A stretch of 64,000 bases of DNA from Cetorhinus maximus (lineage: Eukaryota), in assembly GCF_964194155.1 (NCBI RefSeq), contig NC_135909.1, positions 62,001 to 126,000 of the forward strand. Direction: 5' to 3'. Below are positions 1 to 11,749 of the stretch, piece after piece. The translations under genes were made by a program, and so were the position numbers. Below the pieces are notes generated by a model that was not told the DNA's origin, searched no databases, and saw only the letters and a program-made list of their open reading frames with translations. Numbering within the stretch: the stretch's first letter is position 1; every line of letters starts with the position of its first letter.

Positions 1-704
1 GAGTCCTGGACCAAAGGAGCTGCCTGACAACAGCATTTTAATTGGCTCCTGACCAGATGACCAGTTTGAGTGAGAACAGTGCAGCTGAATAGCTCCTAGA
101 CTGAAAGGAAAAGACTTAAAACCACCTCCTCCAGTGTGTGGAGGATTCCAGTAATTCCACAATAATATCTAGCTTTTTTTTCCCCCTCCTCATATCTCGA
201 TAACCTGCTCTCTCTCGGAAAATCCCAGTCAAGAGGCAAAGGGGAAAATCTCTGTTAGCTCAGCCAGTAAACTAAATACTGAAAGTGCTGGAAAACCACC
301 TTGTGTTATCAAGAACTAAAAGGAATTTGGCAGACAGCGATCAAAATCAACCCATCGAATCCTGTACTCTGGAATTGGAGCTATTGAACTGTTTTATCCC
401 ACCCCTTAAAATCTATGTTTTTGTGTGTCTTTTATGTGTGCTTTAAGGGATTTAAGAAGAGGACAGGGTTTAAGTTATAGTGTTAGAAGTTAGCAGTTCA
501 TATATCTTTCTTTTGCCACTAGTTAAAGACAATTTGTTCAATAAACAGTCTACAAACCTGGTGCTTGTATTCTGTTAACCTAGATTAAACAGTTAGGCAG
601 AATTGGGACAATCTGGTGGTTTGGTCAAACTTTTCACATTTGTCGCAGCTTGGGGGACAGTGGGGCTTGACATTACAGCGCATTATCCCCAGTGAGTTGT
701 GACA
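1..704 (+). mobile_element. Probable 3' part of an LTR (solo-LTR-like) in STIP1 intron 4
   Basis: Non-coding, AATAAA near 541, ends in ...TTGTGACA at 704 where an unrelated SINE resumes mid-body; architecture resembles the element at 39372-40547. 5' end is outside the window. Confidence 0.4.
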
Positions 705-900
705 AAAGGACAGCAGATTTCCTTCCTTATAGGACATTAGTGAACCAGATGGGTTTTTATGACAATCAGCAGATGTTTAATTCCAGATTTTTATCGAATT
801 CAAAATTTCACCATCTGCTGTGGTCCCCAGAGCATTACCCTGGGTGTCTGGAGTATGAGCCCAGTGACAATACCACGATGCCATTGTCTCCCCCAGTTTA
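705..900 (-). mobile_element. tRNA-derived SINE fragment (abundant family; other copies at about 14500-14670, 15585-15770, 18110-18320, 21450-21710, 42660-42950, 63165-63500)
   Basis: Shared core (AAAACCCATCTGGTTCACTAATGTCCTT..., CTGGCCTACATGTGACTCCAGACCCACAG) recurs in all listed copies; the 18150 copy has a B-box-like GTTCAAATCCC. Confidence 0.65.
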
Positions 901-1702
901 GTATAGCTTTAGCTAGAACAGATTCATGATTTTACAAAGGTCAGGTCTACAGTTTTTAAATAATAAACCTTGTAATATGCTCAGTTTTCTTCTATAAAAT
1001 GGATGGATTTAGAATAACATTCTACATTCTGCTTAGAAAGAGACACAGTCACATTAACTCTGCACTTCTCTCAAACATCACAAAAAATTGAGAGTTATTT
1101 CCTTGATGGTTCAGCCATTTAGACAAAAAGGGAAAAAAAAAAATCTAGATTCAACCTATAGCCAGGAAAGTAATACAGATGCTACTTGGGTTAGGGAAGC
1201 AAAGGAACAAAGGGTTTCCCTTCCCAACTGCGAATGAATGATCCCTTATGGGAGCGCACGTGAACTTTGGGCCCAGGGCTGAAAACGAATGGTTTGTCTG
1301 CCAACATCAATTCCTTACGTTTTCACACGAAGCACTACCGGAGCATAGCTAATGTGTCGAATTGTATTGCTGAAAGCACCTTCAGAAAAGGGCAACAGAG
1401 AAGACTGGTAAAGAAATTAAAACCTGCCGCATGGGCTTAAATAAATGGCACAAACTGGGATTATTTCATTCAATGTCCACTGCACAGTACTCCCTTCACC
1501 AGATCTGAAATCCATGTTCCAAAACTATGGATTTAGACTTGGAGTAGGAATTAAGTATTCAATGTGGCCAGAATAGCAGTAAAAACGCTGTATAAAATGA
1601 GATATGAGCCAGCATTCTAGGTGACTTCAAGATCGATCTTGTATCTAACTTAAAAACTCCTCCAAATAGTAAAGGTAAACTCTGAAAAAGGACTGTACGC
1701 AC

Positions 1703-1844
1703 GTGGCTAAATCAGCTGGTTTGTTTTTCAACTGTTCAATCATTTCTCTGTAGCTAGGGTCGCTCAGCAGTGCCTTTGTCCTGGGGTCACTCTCCAGCTT
1801 CTGGTACAGGTCTGGGGAAGCGAACGGGTTCATGAACTTCTTTT
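1703..1844 (-). CDS. STIP1: Stress-induced phosphoprotein 1 (HOP), coding exon 4 (142 nt)
   Basis: Encodes (E)[46 protein letters not shown](T), the STIP1 DP1 region; acceptor tttctttgcAG (1846-1845), donor GTgcgt (1702-1701); phase matches exon 3. Confidence 0.95.
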
Positions 1845-2063
1845 CTGCAAAGAAATCATACAGCTATAATGTCCAACAACAGGAATTACCCTGCATTTTA
1901 GTGCACTTCTGCACTGAAAATATCATTCAGTAAATGTGAATACAGCAACACAGCACAGGGAGGCTTTTGAACAGCAAAAGAAAACTTTGAATCATCCACT
2001 AATTCTAAACAAGCAGACAGAATGATCAGGGATGGATTGCAAACAGCGACATGCCAAACTGTT

Positions 2064-3011
2064 ATAAGACCATAAGACATAGGAGCAGAAATTAGGCCAT
2101 TCGGCCCATCAAGTCTGCTCCGCCATTCAATCATGGCTGATAAGTTTCTCAACCCCATTCTCCCCGTAACCTTTGATCCCCTTACCAATCAAGAACCTAT
2201 CTATCTCCGTCTTAAATACACTCAATGACCTGGCCTCCACAGCCTTCTGTGGCAATGAATTCCATAGATTCACCACTCTCTGGCTAAAGAAGTTTCTCCT
2301 CATCTCTCTTCCAAAAAGGTCTTCCCTTTACTCTGAGGCTGTGCCCTCGGGTCCTAGTCTCTCCTACTAATGGAAACATCTTCCCCACGTCCACCCTATC
2401 CAGGCCTTTCAGTATTCTGTAAGTTTCAATCCGACCTTCCCTCATCCTTCTAAACTCCATCGAGTATAGACCCAGAGTCCTCAAACGTTCCTCAAAGGCA
2501 TATGTTAAGCCTTTCATTCCTGGGATCATCCTCCTCTGGACCCTCTCCAGGGCCAGCACATCCTTCCTGAGATACGGGGCCCAAAATTGCTCACAATATT
2601 CTAAAATGTGGTCTGACCAGAGCCTTATAAAGCCTCAGCAGCACATCCCTGCTTTTATATTCTAGTCCTCTCGAAATAAATGCCAACATTGCATTTGCCT
2701 TCCTAACTACCGACTCAACCTGCAAGTTAACCTTAAGAGAATCCTGGACTAGGACTCCCAAGTCCCTTTGCACTCCAGCTTTCTGAATTCTCTCCCCATT
2801 TAGAAAATAGTCTATGCCTCTATTCTTCCTACCAAAGTGCATGACCTCATACTTCCCCACGTTGTATTCCATCTGCCACTTCTTTGCCCATTCTCCTAAC
2901 CTGTCCAAATCCTTCTGCAGCCTCCCCGCCTCCTCAATACTACCTGTCCCTCCACCTATCTTTGTATCATCTGTAAACTTAGCCAGAATGCCCTCAGTTC
3001 CTTCATCTAGA
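2064..3011 (-). mobile_element. 5'-truncated CR1-clade LINE (young copy) in STIP1 intron 3
   Basis: RT C-terminal peptide AKFTDDTKIGG...LVRPH; 3' tail CCTATGTCTTATGGTCTTAT; near-identical to the copy at 25470-27488. Confidence 0.92.
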
Positions 3012-3576
3012 TGAAGATGAAGATCTGGTTCCTTCATCTTTATCTTCATTTCATGGCAGCAATGCGCTGAAGGGGATTATCCACCTGATGTTCATCCCAC
3101 TGATAACAATGGATGAAAATCAAGCAGTTCTATAAAAGTTGGCTCTGCTAGGTTACTGCCCAAACATCGAAGAGACAAAACTACCTTGTTATGTCAAAAA
3201 CATCTCAAAAGTACTTATAAGTTTGCTCCAATCCGTTCCCTTGCCTCACCTGCTTCAAATCCCCTAATGAAACGATAGGCACGTGAACTGTTCCAAGGCA
3301 CTCGAGAGCAACTCAGGTTTTCTTCACAAGGAAGATGTGGCTGTTACTCAGTGTTGCCTTTCCTCCCTGATCATCAGATGGGTCACCAAACTAAGACTGA
3401 CACTTCAGAAACTGCACACACAAATCTTGTCCAGTCTGTGCAGTGATTAAATAATTCACTTCATTTTTGTGACAGCTAGGTTGTTACAATAGTGCCATAT
3501 TGTACTCTGAACTGAAAGACAAACTGCCAACTCCACCCGACATTAAGTAGTTTGTATCTGCTAGCTAGCTTCTTAC

Positions 3577-3718
3577 CTGCTAGCCTGGCATCCACATTCT
3601 GCATTCCATCCTTCAGCTGTTGGTTTCCAGGTTCATGCTTCAGTCCCTCCTCATAGGTTTTCTTTGCTTCTTCAAAGCGGTTGAGGAATTCCAAAGCCGC
3701 AGCCTTCCTCGAGTAACC
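3577..3718 (-). CDS. STIP1: STIP1 coding exon 3 (142 nt)
   Basis: [47 protein letters not shown] (TPR1 end); acceptor AG 3720-3719, donor GTaaga 3576-3575. Confidence 0.96.
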
Positions 3719-3944
3719 CTAAACGTGGCACAATTATTGAAACAAATAGTTTCAGGCAGCGTTAGTTGATGAATGGAGGATGGCCAGGACAACAGGAGAA
3801 CTTCCTGAGCTTCTTTTACATCCATCTGAACAAGCAGCTAAGGCCTGGAGACAACATCTCATCCGAAACACAATAACTCTAACAATGGTCCTTTGGTAAC
3901 CTAGGCCAATATTTAGTGGAGTCAGTGCTCAAGCTTGGGCAGTC

Positions 3945-4250
3945 TTACTCATAACTAGAGGCCATCAATATAAGACAGTCACTAATAAATCCAATCAGGA
4001 ATTCAGCAGGAACTTCTTTTGCAAGAGGGGGGGGGGGGGAGAAATGTGAAACTCGCTCCCATAGGGAGTGGTTAAGGTGAATAGTATAGATACGTTTAAG
4101 GGGATTCTAGACAAGCATTTGAGGGAGAAAAATAGACAGTTATGATAGATTTAGATGAGGAAAGGCTGGAGGAGGCTTGAGAGGAGCAAAAACACTGGCA
4201 TGGACTAGTTGGTCTGAATGGCCTGTTTCTGTGCTGTATACCTATGTAAT
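3945..4250 (+). mobile_element. CR1 LINE 3' fragment (similar decayed CR1 3' ends at about 5585-6120 +, 13020-13240 +, 16860-17430 -, 18710-19170 +, 24200-24540 -, 54690-55100 -)
   Basis: Degenerate TRGHxYK...FRRNFF coding remnant and GAATGGCCTGTTTCTGTGCTGTA...TATGTAAT type tails. Confidence 0.7.
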
Positions 4251-4721
4251 CCAATCAGCTAATGCAGCAGACTCAGGAATGTTAACTTTGCCCAGTTAGC
4301 AGCACCCACTGGAGTTGGAAAGTTGTGGGTTCAAGCCCCCACTTCCAGACCAGAGATCATAATCCAGGTTAATCAACAGTGCAGCACCTGGTCAGAACTG
4401 CACTGACCGAGACTGTCAGAGAAAATTCCTCTTGCTGAAAAGTTCAACTGTCTGCCTGGCCTGGTGGGCCAGGAAAATGTCAAAGATCCTGTAGCATTAT
4501 TTATAAAAGGAGCAGGGAGTTTTAGTGCCTAGCTGACAATCCTTCCTTAACTAACTGAAGGCATTAAAAACACACCAACTTGCATTTATACAGCACCTTA
4601 TCACATCTCCAAAGTGCTTCATGTACAACAAATTATTCCTATGGTGCATTGACTGACTGTGACAATTATTTTGTGCAGATATTAACTGCTTTTCCCCCCC
4701 ACCGAGTGGTAGCCTACATAC

Positions 4722-4931
4722 CTTGCCCCAGTCCGGTTTAATTTCAACAGTTTTGCAGCCATCCTCGTAGGCTTTCTGATATTCCCCCTTTTTGGCATAG
4801 GCAGCAGACCTGTTACTGTAAAGTACATGGTTCTTGGGGTCTAGCTTAATGGCTTCACTGTAACATATGATGGCATCAGCTATCTTCCCAGCACTGAGGG
4901 CTTGATTGCCCTTCTCTTTAAGTTCATTCAC
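4722..4931 (-). CDS. STIP1: STIP1 coding exon 2 (210 nt), TPR1 domain
   Basis: [70 protein letters not shown]; T-rich acceptor AG 4933-4932, donor GTatgt 4721-4720. Confidence 0.97.
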
Positions 4932-7632
4932 CTTAAAAGAAGAGAAAAAAAAAAGGTTACTATACTCGAAGATCCTCATCTCATCTTGTTCGGCTGCACA
5001 AGTCGACAATCTATTACTATTCAACCATACTGATCAATTCCTTAGACATTGAAAGCTCTGGACCAGGATCTACACAGAGCTGTTATAACCATTTTTTTGT
5101 ATTACCAGTTCTTCCTTTCATGAGAGATATTCTATCACGACTTTAATCAGTAAACTATTTGGAAAATGCGAGTGCAGCTTACCGAAACCTGGTTCTGGGA
5201 CCCCATGCTGTGTTATATGTATGACCCACAGCTGAACAGCAGTAAACAAAGTGCAACCACTGACAGGTTCTGAACCCATTCTAAACTACATCGCAGCAAC
5301 TCCTCTGTTCAACATTCCCCAAACACCATGGAGGAGTCAGGGAGTAAACTTCAAATGCAAACATTTTCCTGTCCCTATAACCTTGCTCACAGGCTGAGAT
5401 TACAGAACTATTGAATGTGCTGTTTTGAAGTCAACTCCTCTTCTGCCCAGGGGTAAACAAGTTCTCTTAGCAACTGCACTGTTACTGCTGAGTGGGAGAT
5501 TTAATGCAGGCAATTCAAATGTAGCTTCTGTACTCAGAACCATGACAACAAAGCCAAACTTTTCAAAAGGCACAAAATTTGTTACACTTATCTTAATCTA
5601 CTGCGTGTCCACTGTGTGCAATTTTGGTCTCCTTATTTAAAAAAAGACATAATTGCTTTAGAAGCAATTCAGAGAAGGTTCGGTGGACTCATTCCTGGGA
5701 TGGAGCGGTTGTTTTATGAAGGAAAATTGAGCAAGTTGGGCCTACGCCTATTGGAATTTAGAAGAATGAGAGCTGATCTTGTCAAAACATAAGATCCTGA
5801 GGGGACTGGATAGGGTGGATACCTGGAAGATGTTTCCTTCTGTGGGGAGACTAAAACTAGGGGACACAGTTTAAAAATAAGAGGTCTGTTTGTGACAGAG
5901 ATTAGGAGAATTTTTTTCTCCCAAAGGGTTGTTGGTGTGTGGAATTCTCTTCCCCTGAAAGAAGTGGAGGTTAGACAGATTTTTGTTAGGCAAGGGAGTC
6001 AAGGGTTATTTGAGGGGGGGGCAGGAAAATGGAGCTGAGACCACAACCAGATCAGCCATGATCTTAATGAATGGTACTGGCTCGAAGGGCCAAATGGCCT
6101 TACTCCCACTCCTATGCCAGGCTGCACTGCTTTTCTACGGTAGTCTAAACTTGTCTTTATTCCTGGCATTAGCAGGATAAACCATGCACCCAGTAGATTC
6201 AATCATCTAATTGATCGCTAGGATCAGCATTAGAACCCACCACTACTTATCAATACTCAGTTCGGACAGACCCTCGGATATCTGGCTCTGAATATGCATC
6301 TCGGTAAGGTCAATTGGATCATCAACAGATGAGCCAAAAACCTTTTGAACCTTTAAGAAAGTACTTCCCACTGACACTTTGAATTTGGTTCTGTGTAGTG
6401 CCTTCAATTAACTATTAAAGATTGACAAAGTGTTTTTAATTGTCATTTAATTAGATTTAGGTTTGGGAAAAAGTCTCTCAACAGTTTTCTATAAAAGTAA
6501 CTGTCTTGTTGGAGTCCAGTTAAATCCATCAGGTTATCAAGTGCAGACACTTCTGTCTGATATCCATTATTATATGCAGCACTCAGTCACCAGGCCACAC
6601 CATCCTTCAGTATTGTAAAGACATCACAAAGCTGGAACTTTTCTTTAGCTATCTACGATGTCAACAAACGACTGCTTTTTAACAATTGCACTTTGTGGCA
6701 CAATTCTGTACTCACCTCCAGGTACATAATGCTTTACTCTGACTGACTCTTGTTATCACACTTGATGAATTAATACTGATCAACGAGTAACAACAGCGAC
6801 AAATCTACATGACTTTTTAAAAGTAACTTTTGATAATCCCAGTGATCTTGAACAGCAAATGTGCCCCCCGGGTCACATTAACCTGTAGTGATGCTCAAAA
6901 CTGTCCATGGTGAGAGAAACACATTCAGTAAAACATACAGCTGAAATGATCTGGGGAGTTGGCAAATGCATGCTTCTTGTCCTGTCCTGTCCTGTCCAAA
7001 TACATGCAGGAAGACACTTTCTGCACAGAATTTGGAGGAAATCTGGGTGGCATGAAAACCTTTCTATGGAACAGGGGGTGGGGTCGGTAGAGGAAGGGAA
7101 GTAACTAGGGCTGTTTAGAGTAAAATCATCACCCAATTGAAGTGAACAGAAACACAGTAAAAGTTTGTTCCAGTATGGTCTGGAGTGCTTGTAATGAATG
7201 AATTTGGAATTTCTTCCCTGTCAAAGTTCTCCCACTTCACCATCAGACACTGTCCCCTGACTGCGAAGGCAAGATGGTGTGGTTTGTGGAATGATCAGTA
7301 AGAGAGAGCTGTTCACCAACACACTTGCCCAATGTGAACTATGCAGCAACAAAGTACCAGAGATGGCCAAAAGCTGGAGTTGGAATACAATCCCACTTCA
7401 ACTAGCAAAGACGGTTCTCCCGTCCCCACTAACAGATGAAAGATAAGGATCCCTCTACTCTCCAAACAATCCAACCTCAAAGCACCATTCAGTACACATC
7501 TGAATATTCTAATATCCATGTCATGAACCCTGAAAACAGTTTTAATGCCAATTTTGCAGCGCCAATCTGCAACAGTACATTTGCCTGTGGAGAGAAATTT
7601 GGACCCGAAGTCTCCCAAAGTTTAAAGATCGT

Positions 7633-8116
7633 GGGCTGATTTTAACCCAATCCAACTGAGGTGGATGGGTTATTAAATTACCCAGGTTACTTACAAGCTT
7701 TGAAAGCACAAGAGCTGAATGCTTCTGATTTTAAGCTGCTGAACTGAACAGTGGCATGGACACCTGCCCAAGACACACAGTTCACAGTGGCTCTGACATC
7801 ATCATCATCATCAAGGCTCAACTACAATTTCAACACAGTGGTCTGAGCAGAAAGCTGCAGTGGATTTCCCATAATGTGAAGACAGCGAGGAAGAGAATCG
7901 GAGGTCAGAAGACCAATGTTACTTTGTAGAAACAAAATTCCTGGTCAACGTGCAGCTTCTGGCCAACACGATTTTCTGCTCCTTCCTCCCTAGGACAGGT
8001 GGGAAATTGCCAGTCGAATTTAAACCCGGCCTGGAAGTTAAAGTACTTATATCTGGAGCAGTGGCTAAGTTTCAAATTCACCTGCACAAAACTGGCCCAC
8101 AGTTAAAAATCAGGCC
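7633..8116. mobile_element. Old non-autonomous DNA transposon (Harbinger-like MITE)
   Basis: Imperfect terminal inverted repeats GGGCTGATTTTAAC / GTTAAAAATCAGGCC resembling the GGGC..AATTTT ends of the MITE at 28877; TSD not cleanly preserved. Confidence 0.4.
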
Positions 8117-8706
8117 ATGTGTTTTATCTGAGCTGCTTTCTTGGCCACAGTTTAATTAATACTGAGTGCAGGTAGCCCACAATGGAGGCTTCCTGGAAAA
8201 GAGCTGTTTTAACATACCGTGCTATCCAATAAAAATCTGGACTGTACATTAGGAAAGGAAACACACACTGCTCTGTGATAAAATCCTTGCAGTTCACATT
8301 GTAGTTAGGTTACAATTTCTGTCCCAGAGGTCAGTTTAGGAAGTTCCCAAACAAAACAGTTGGCAAATCCAGAAAAAATACTTCATCCCTGTTTAACTAA
8401 CTGTGAAATTGGTCAAAAAAAGGGAATGATGAGTGGGGCCCAGAAAAGTTACAGGAAATGTACTCATAACAAAATGAATCAGATGACTCAGGTTCCAACA
8501 GAGTTTCAGCTGCAGCAACGCACCATTCCAGCAGGACATCGACACATGGTAGACACACTCTCTCCTCTCCTGTAGGGGCACACGAGTCAAGGTTCCATAA
8601 CAACTGTCATATTTTACTATCTGCACGTACAGAATGAGGGAAATGTTGGGAAACTAGACACCCAGAGCTAGTTCTAAATCAGAAGCGGACCAAGTGACAG
8701 ACACGA

Positions 8707-8910
8707 GAAATGCTCAGCTGGTCAGCAGCATTCTTGGAGAGAGAATCAGAGTTAACGTTTCAGGTCGATGATCTTTCATTCGTTCTGATGAAAGCTCGTT
8801 GACCTGAAGCATTAACTCTGTTTCTCTCTCCACAGATGCTGCCTGACCTGCTGAGCATTTGTAGCGTTTTCTTTATTTCAGATTTCCAGCATCTGCAGTA
8901 TTTTGCTTTT
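8707..8910. mobile_element. Penelope-like element terminal-repeat fragments in fold-back arrangement, with decayed hammerhead motif
   Basis: Imperfect inverted repeat centred near 8780; plus arm GTT-CTGATGA-A-AGCTCGTTGACCT-GAAGC-ATT-AAC (8782-8816); the minus arm retains GACCT-GAAAC-GTT-AAC. Confidence 0.65.
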
Positions 8911-9054
8911 ACACAAAACAATACGCGTCAGATGCATAAAATAATCGTGAAACACACTACCCATTAACAACATGATGATTCTAAGGTGTTACTTCAGGAA
9001 ATAAGTTATACTTAGAAGTTTGAATATGTATAATGGTGCAGAACACTAGGATAA

Positions 9055-9660
9055 CAATTTGTATAGTGTCTTTAACGTAATTAAACTTCCCAAGGCAATT
9101 TACAGGAGCATTATAAAGTAAAGCAGGACACCGAGACACACATGATTTTAAGGACAGGGACCAAAAGATGGTTCAAAGAGGTCGATTTTAAGGAGTGTCT
9201 TAAAGGAGGAAAGCGAGATAGAGGCAGAAGGGTGTGGGGAGCTAATTCCAGAGCTTGGGGCCTAGGTAGCAGAAGACAGGAGCACGGGTGGAGCAATTAA
9301 AGTTGGGGTGCACAAGAGGCCGCTATAAGGGGAGTGCAGAGATCTCAGAGGATTGTGAAGCTGGAGGAGATTACAGAGATAGCGAGGGATTTGAAAAAAG
9401 GATGAGGACTTTAAAAATCAAGGCGTTACTTGACGTGACACTGGTCAGTGAGCACAGGGAACGGGACTTGCAAGTTAAGACACAGGCAGCAGAGCTTTAC
9501 TTGGCCTCAAGTTTGCACCGTATAGAATGTGGGAGAGCAATCAAGAGACGATTGGAACAGACATGTCTATTAGAGGTCACAAAGGCATGAATTAGGGTTG
9601 CAGCAGATGATGAGCTGAGACAGGGATGCAGTGGTGAAAGGTGTTGAGGTGGGATTAGGC
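9055..9660 (-). mobile_element. L2-clade LINE 3' portion, decayed
   Basis: Minus-strand peptide remnant TLIHAFVTS..., and 3' region shared with 14170-14480 and 59310-59900. Confidence 0.7.
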
Positions 9661-10998
9661 TTGTTCTTTCACAACTGAAAACACGCACACACACACAGAT
9701 TTCCCAGGTATCATTAAGGCAGGTTGAGAGCAAAAGCAAGAGAGGGCAGCCCCACTCAGCTGGTAAGAGTCCTCTGCGTTTCAGCTTCTGCTGCTTTAAA
9801 TAAAGTTATCCTGGAAAGCACTTGGCGGCTTGGGAGCCTCGACAGTGAGAAATTTTGATTTGTGAGGTTCTGTTACACTCAAAAATGGACAGCTTTGCAG
9901 TTACAACTTTACAAAAAAGTGGGGGAGGGGGGCTGGTGAAGTAAAGCTTTCCAGAGCAAAAACACTCCCCCGAGACTTGCTTTCCCAGTAACACATACTA
10001 TAAATAGACTCGGTGATGATTGTTGGGACTAATGATGAAGGAATTCCATCTAAAACACCAGCCTATCTTTCTGCAGTTGGATAATTTTTCACTTCTAATG
10101 AACACACACTAGATTCAATTTTAAAAACAGGCACCCACTTTAAAAGCTGTCAAGATTTAAAAACTACCAGAGGGGGAAGGGAGAAGACTACTTTTTAAAA
10201 ATATAATTCAATTCACACCCACAGAAACAGTCCAAATAATGGAAGCTGACAAAAGGAGAGAAAGAGCAGGATTTAAAGTCCCATTTTCCATTATGCACAA
10301 CTCAAAAGCTGTCAAATAGCTGATAACAAGTGCAAAATCCAGGCCAATATTTGAAATCAAAAATTAAGAAGAAATATACATTCTATTTTAAATGAAAAAA
10401 GTTTGTAAATCCATACTCAATATTTAAAATTAGAAAAAAAAACTACACATTTAAAAATAAGTTTATAAATCAGTGCCAAGTATTTGAAAGAAACAAAATT
10501 AAGAAAATATACATTTTATTTTAATAAAATGTATGTAAACCCATACCGACAATTTAAAACGAGAGAAAATAAACATTTTAGGAATAAGTTTGTAAACCGA
10601 TGGACCACAATGGTTCAAGAAGGCAGCTCACCACCACCACCACCTTCTCAAGAGCAATTAGGGATGGGCAATAAATGCTGGGCCCAGCCACATCCTCTGA
10701 AAGAATAAAAAAAAAAGCCCAATATTTAAAATTAGAGCAGATACATTTTTTTTCCCCCCAAACGAAGAATTTAAAAATGCATACCAAACATTTAAAGAGA
10801 TATATATATATATATGAAGTGAAAAGAGATCATGTAAATTTTGTTTTAAGACCAAGCTTTAAAAAATTTAGCACAGAGGGGTTCACCTAAAGGAGGCTAC
10901 TGAAGGGATGATATAGATTTTATTAAAAGCAGGCAAGCCTATGTCCCCCAAATATTTAAGATTGAAGAAAAAAAGATGCAACATGTATGTATATATTA

Positions 10999-11178
10999 CA
11001 CACGTATATAATACATACGCGCACACGTATATAATACATACGCGCACACGTATATAATACATACGCGCACACGTATATAATACATACGCGCACACGTATA
11101 TAATACATACGCGCACACGTATATAATACATACGCGCACACGTATATAATACATACGCGCACACGTATATAATACATA
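10999..11178. repeat. Perfect 23-bp minisatellite (CACACGTATATAATACATACGCG), about 7.8 copies, STIP1 intron 1
   Basis: Units start at 10999, 11022, 11045, 11068, 11091, 11114, 11137, 11160 (last one partial). Confidence 0.97.
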
Positions 11179-11689
11179 TGCACATACATTACACACATGT
11201 ACAAAAATGATACATATTATATAAAATATATACACAGGTATTATAAATATACAAAAATGAATATATATATATATATAGACATATATACACAAATTACAAA
11301 TAAATATACCAAGTGATATTTATACACACAAAAAAAAAGTTTGCAAACCCCATTGCAAATAAGGAGGGAAAGACACGTTTCATTTTGAAGGGAGATTATA
11401 AATATTGGGCATGGGACAGAATTAAAGGTTCTCGGATTTTTCCCTTGGTAAATGGGAATGTGAGGAGTTGGAATGGAAGACGTTCAATGAAGGTTAGTTT
11501 TCATTTTGAAAGATTATTTTATCTCCTTAAACGTGATTGAGCTCCACCCCATTGGCCTGTGCAACATCAACCGCAGCTCACCCTGGCCTCATGCTGCCCT
11601 GGGTTATGATGGGGGGGGGGGGGGGCGGTTGATCCCCGTCTTATGTTGGACCAGGGACTGTTTTTTTTGGGTGTTTTCAGCTCTCTTAC

Positions 11690-11704
11690 CTTCGCCTGCT
11701 CCAT
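11690..11704 (-). CDS. STIP1: STIP1 coding exon 1 (MEQAK)
   Basis: gtgATGGAGCAGGCGAAG|GTAAGA; phase-0 join to exon 2 gives [13 protein letters not shown] (mammalian STIP1 starts [11 protein letters not shown]); lies in a CpG island. Confidence 0.9.
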
Positions 11705-11722
11705 CACCAGTTCACCATGCGC

Positions 11723-11742
11723 CTTCTCGAACTTACCAGAAC
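11723..11742. promoter_or_regulatory. Heat-shock element (HSF site)
   Basis: cTTCtcGAActTACcaGAAc: four alternating nGAAn units with one mismatch, about 20 nt upstream of the STIP1 ATG; STIP1 is an established HSF1 target. Confidence 0.8.
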
Positions 11743-11749
11743 TCACGCC

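Noticed and set aside
10883-11292. Repetitive Cys/Tyr-rich ORFs, or a CRISPR-like array
   Set aside because: Translations of a spacer-less 23-bp tandem repeat; there are no unique spacers and the context is eukaryotic.
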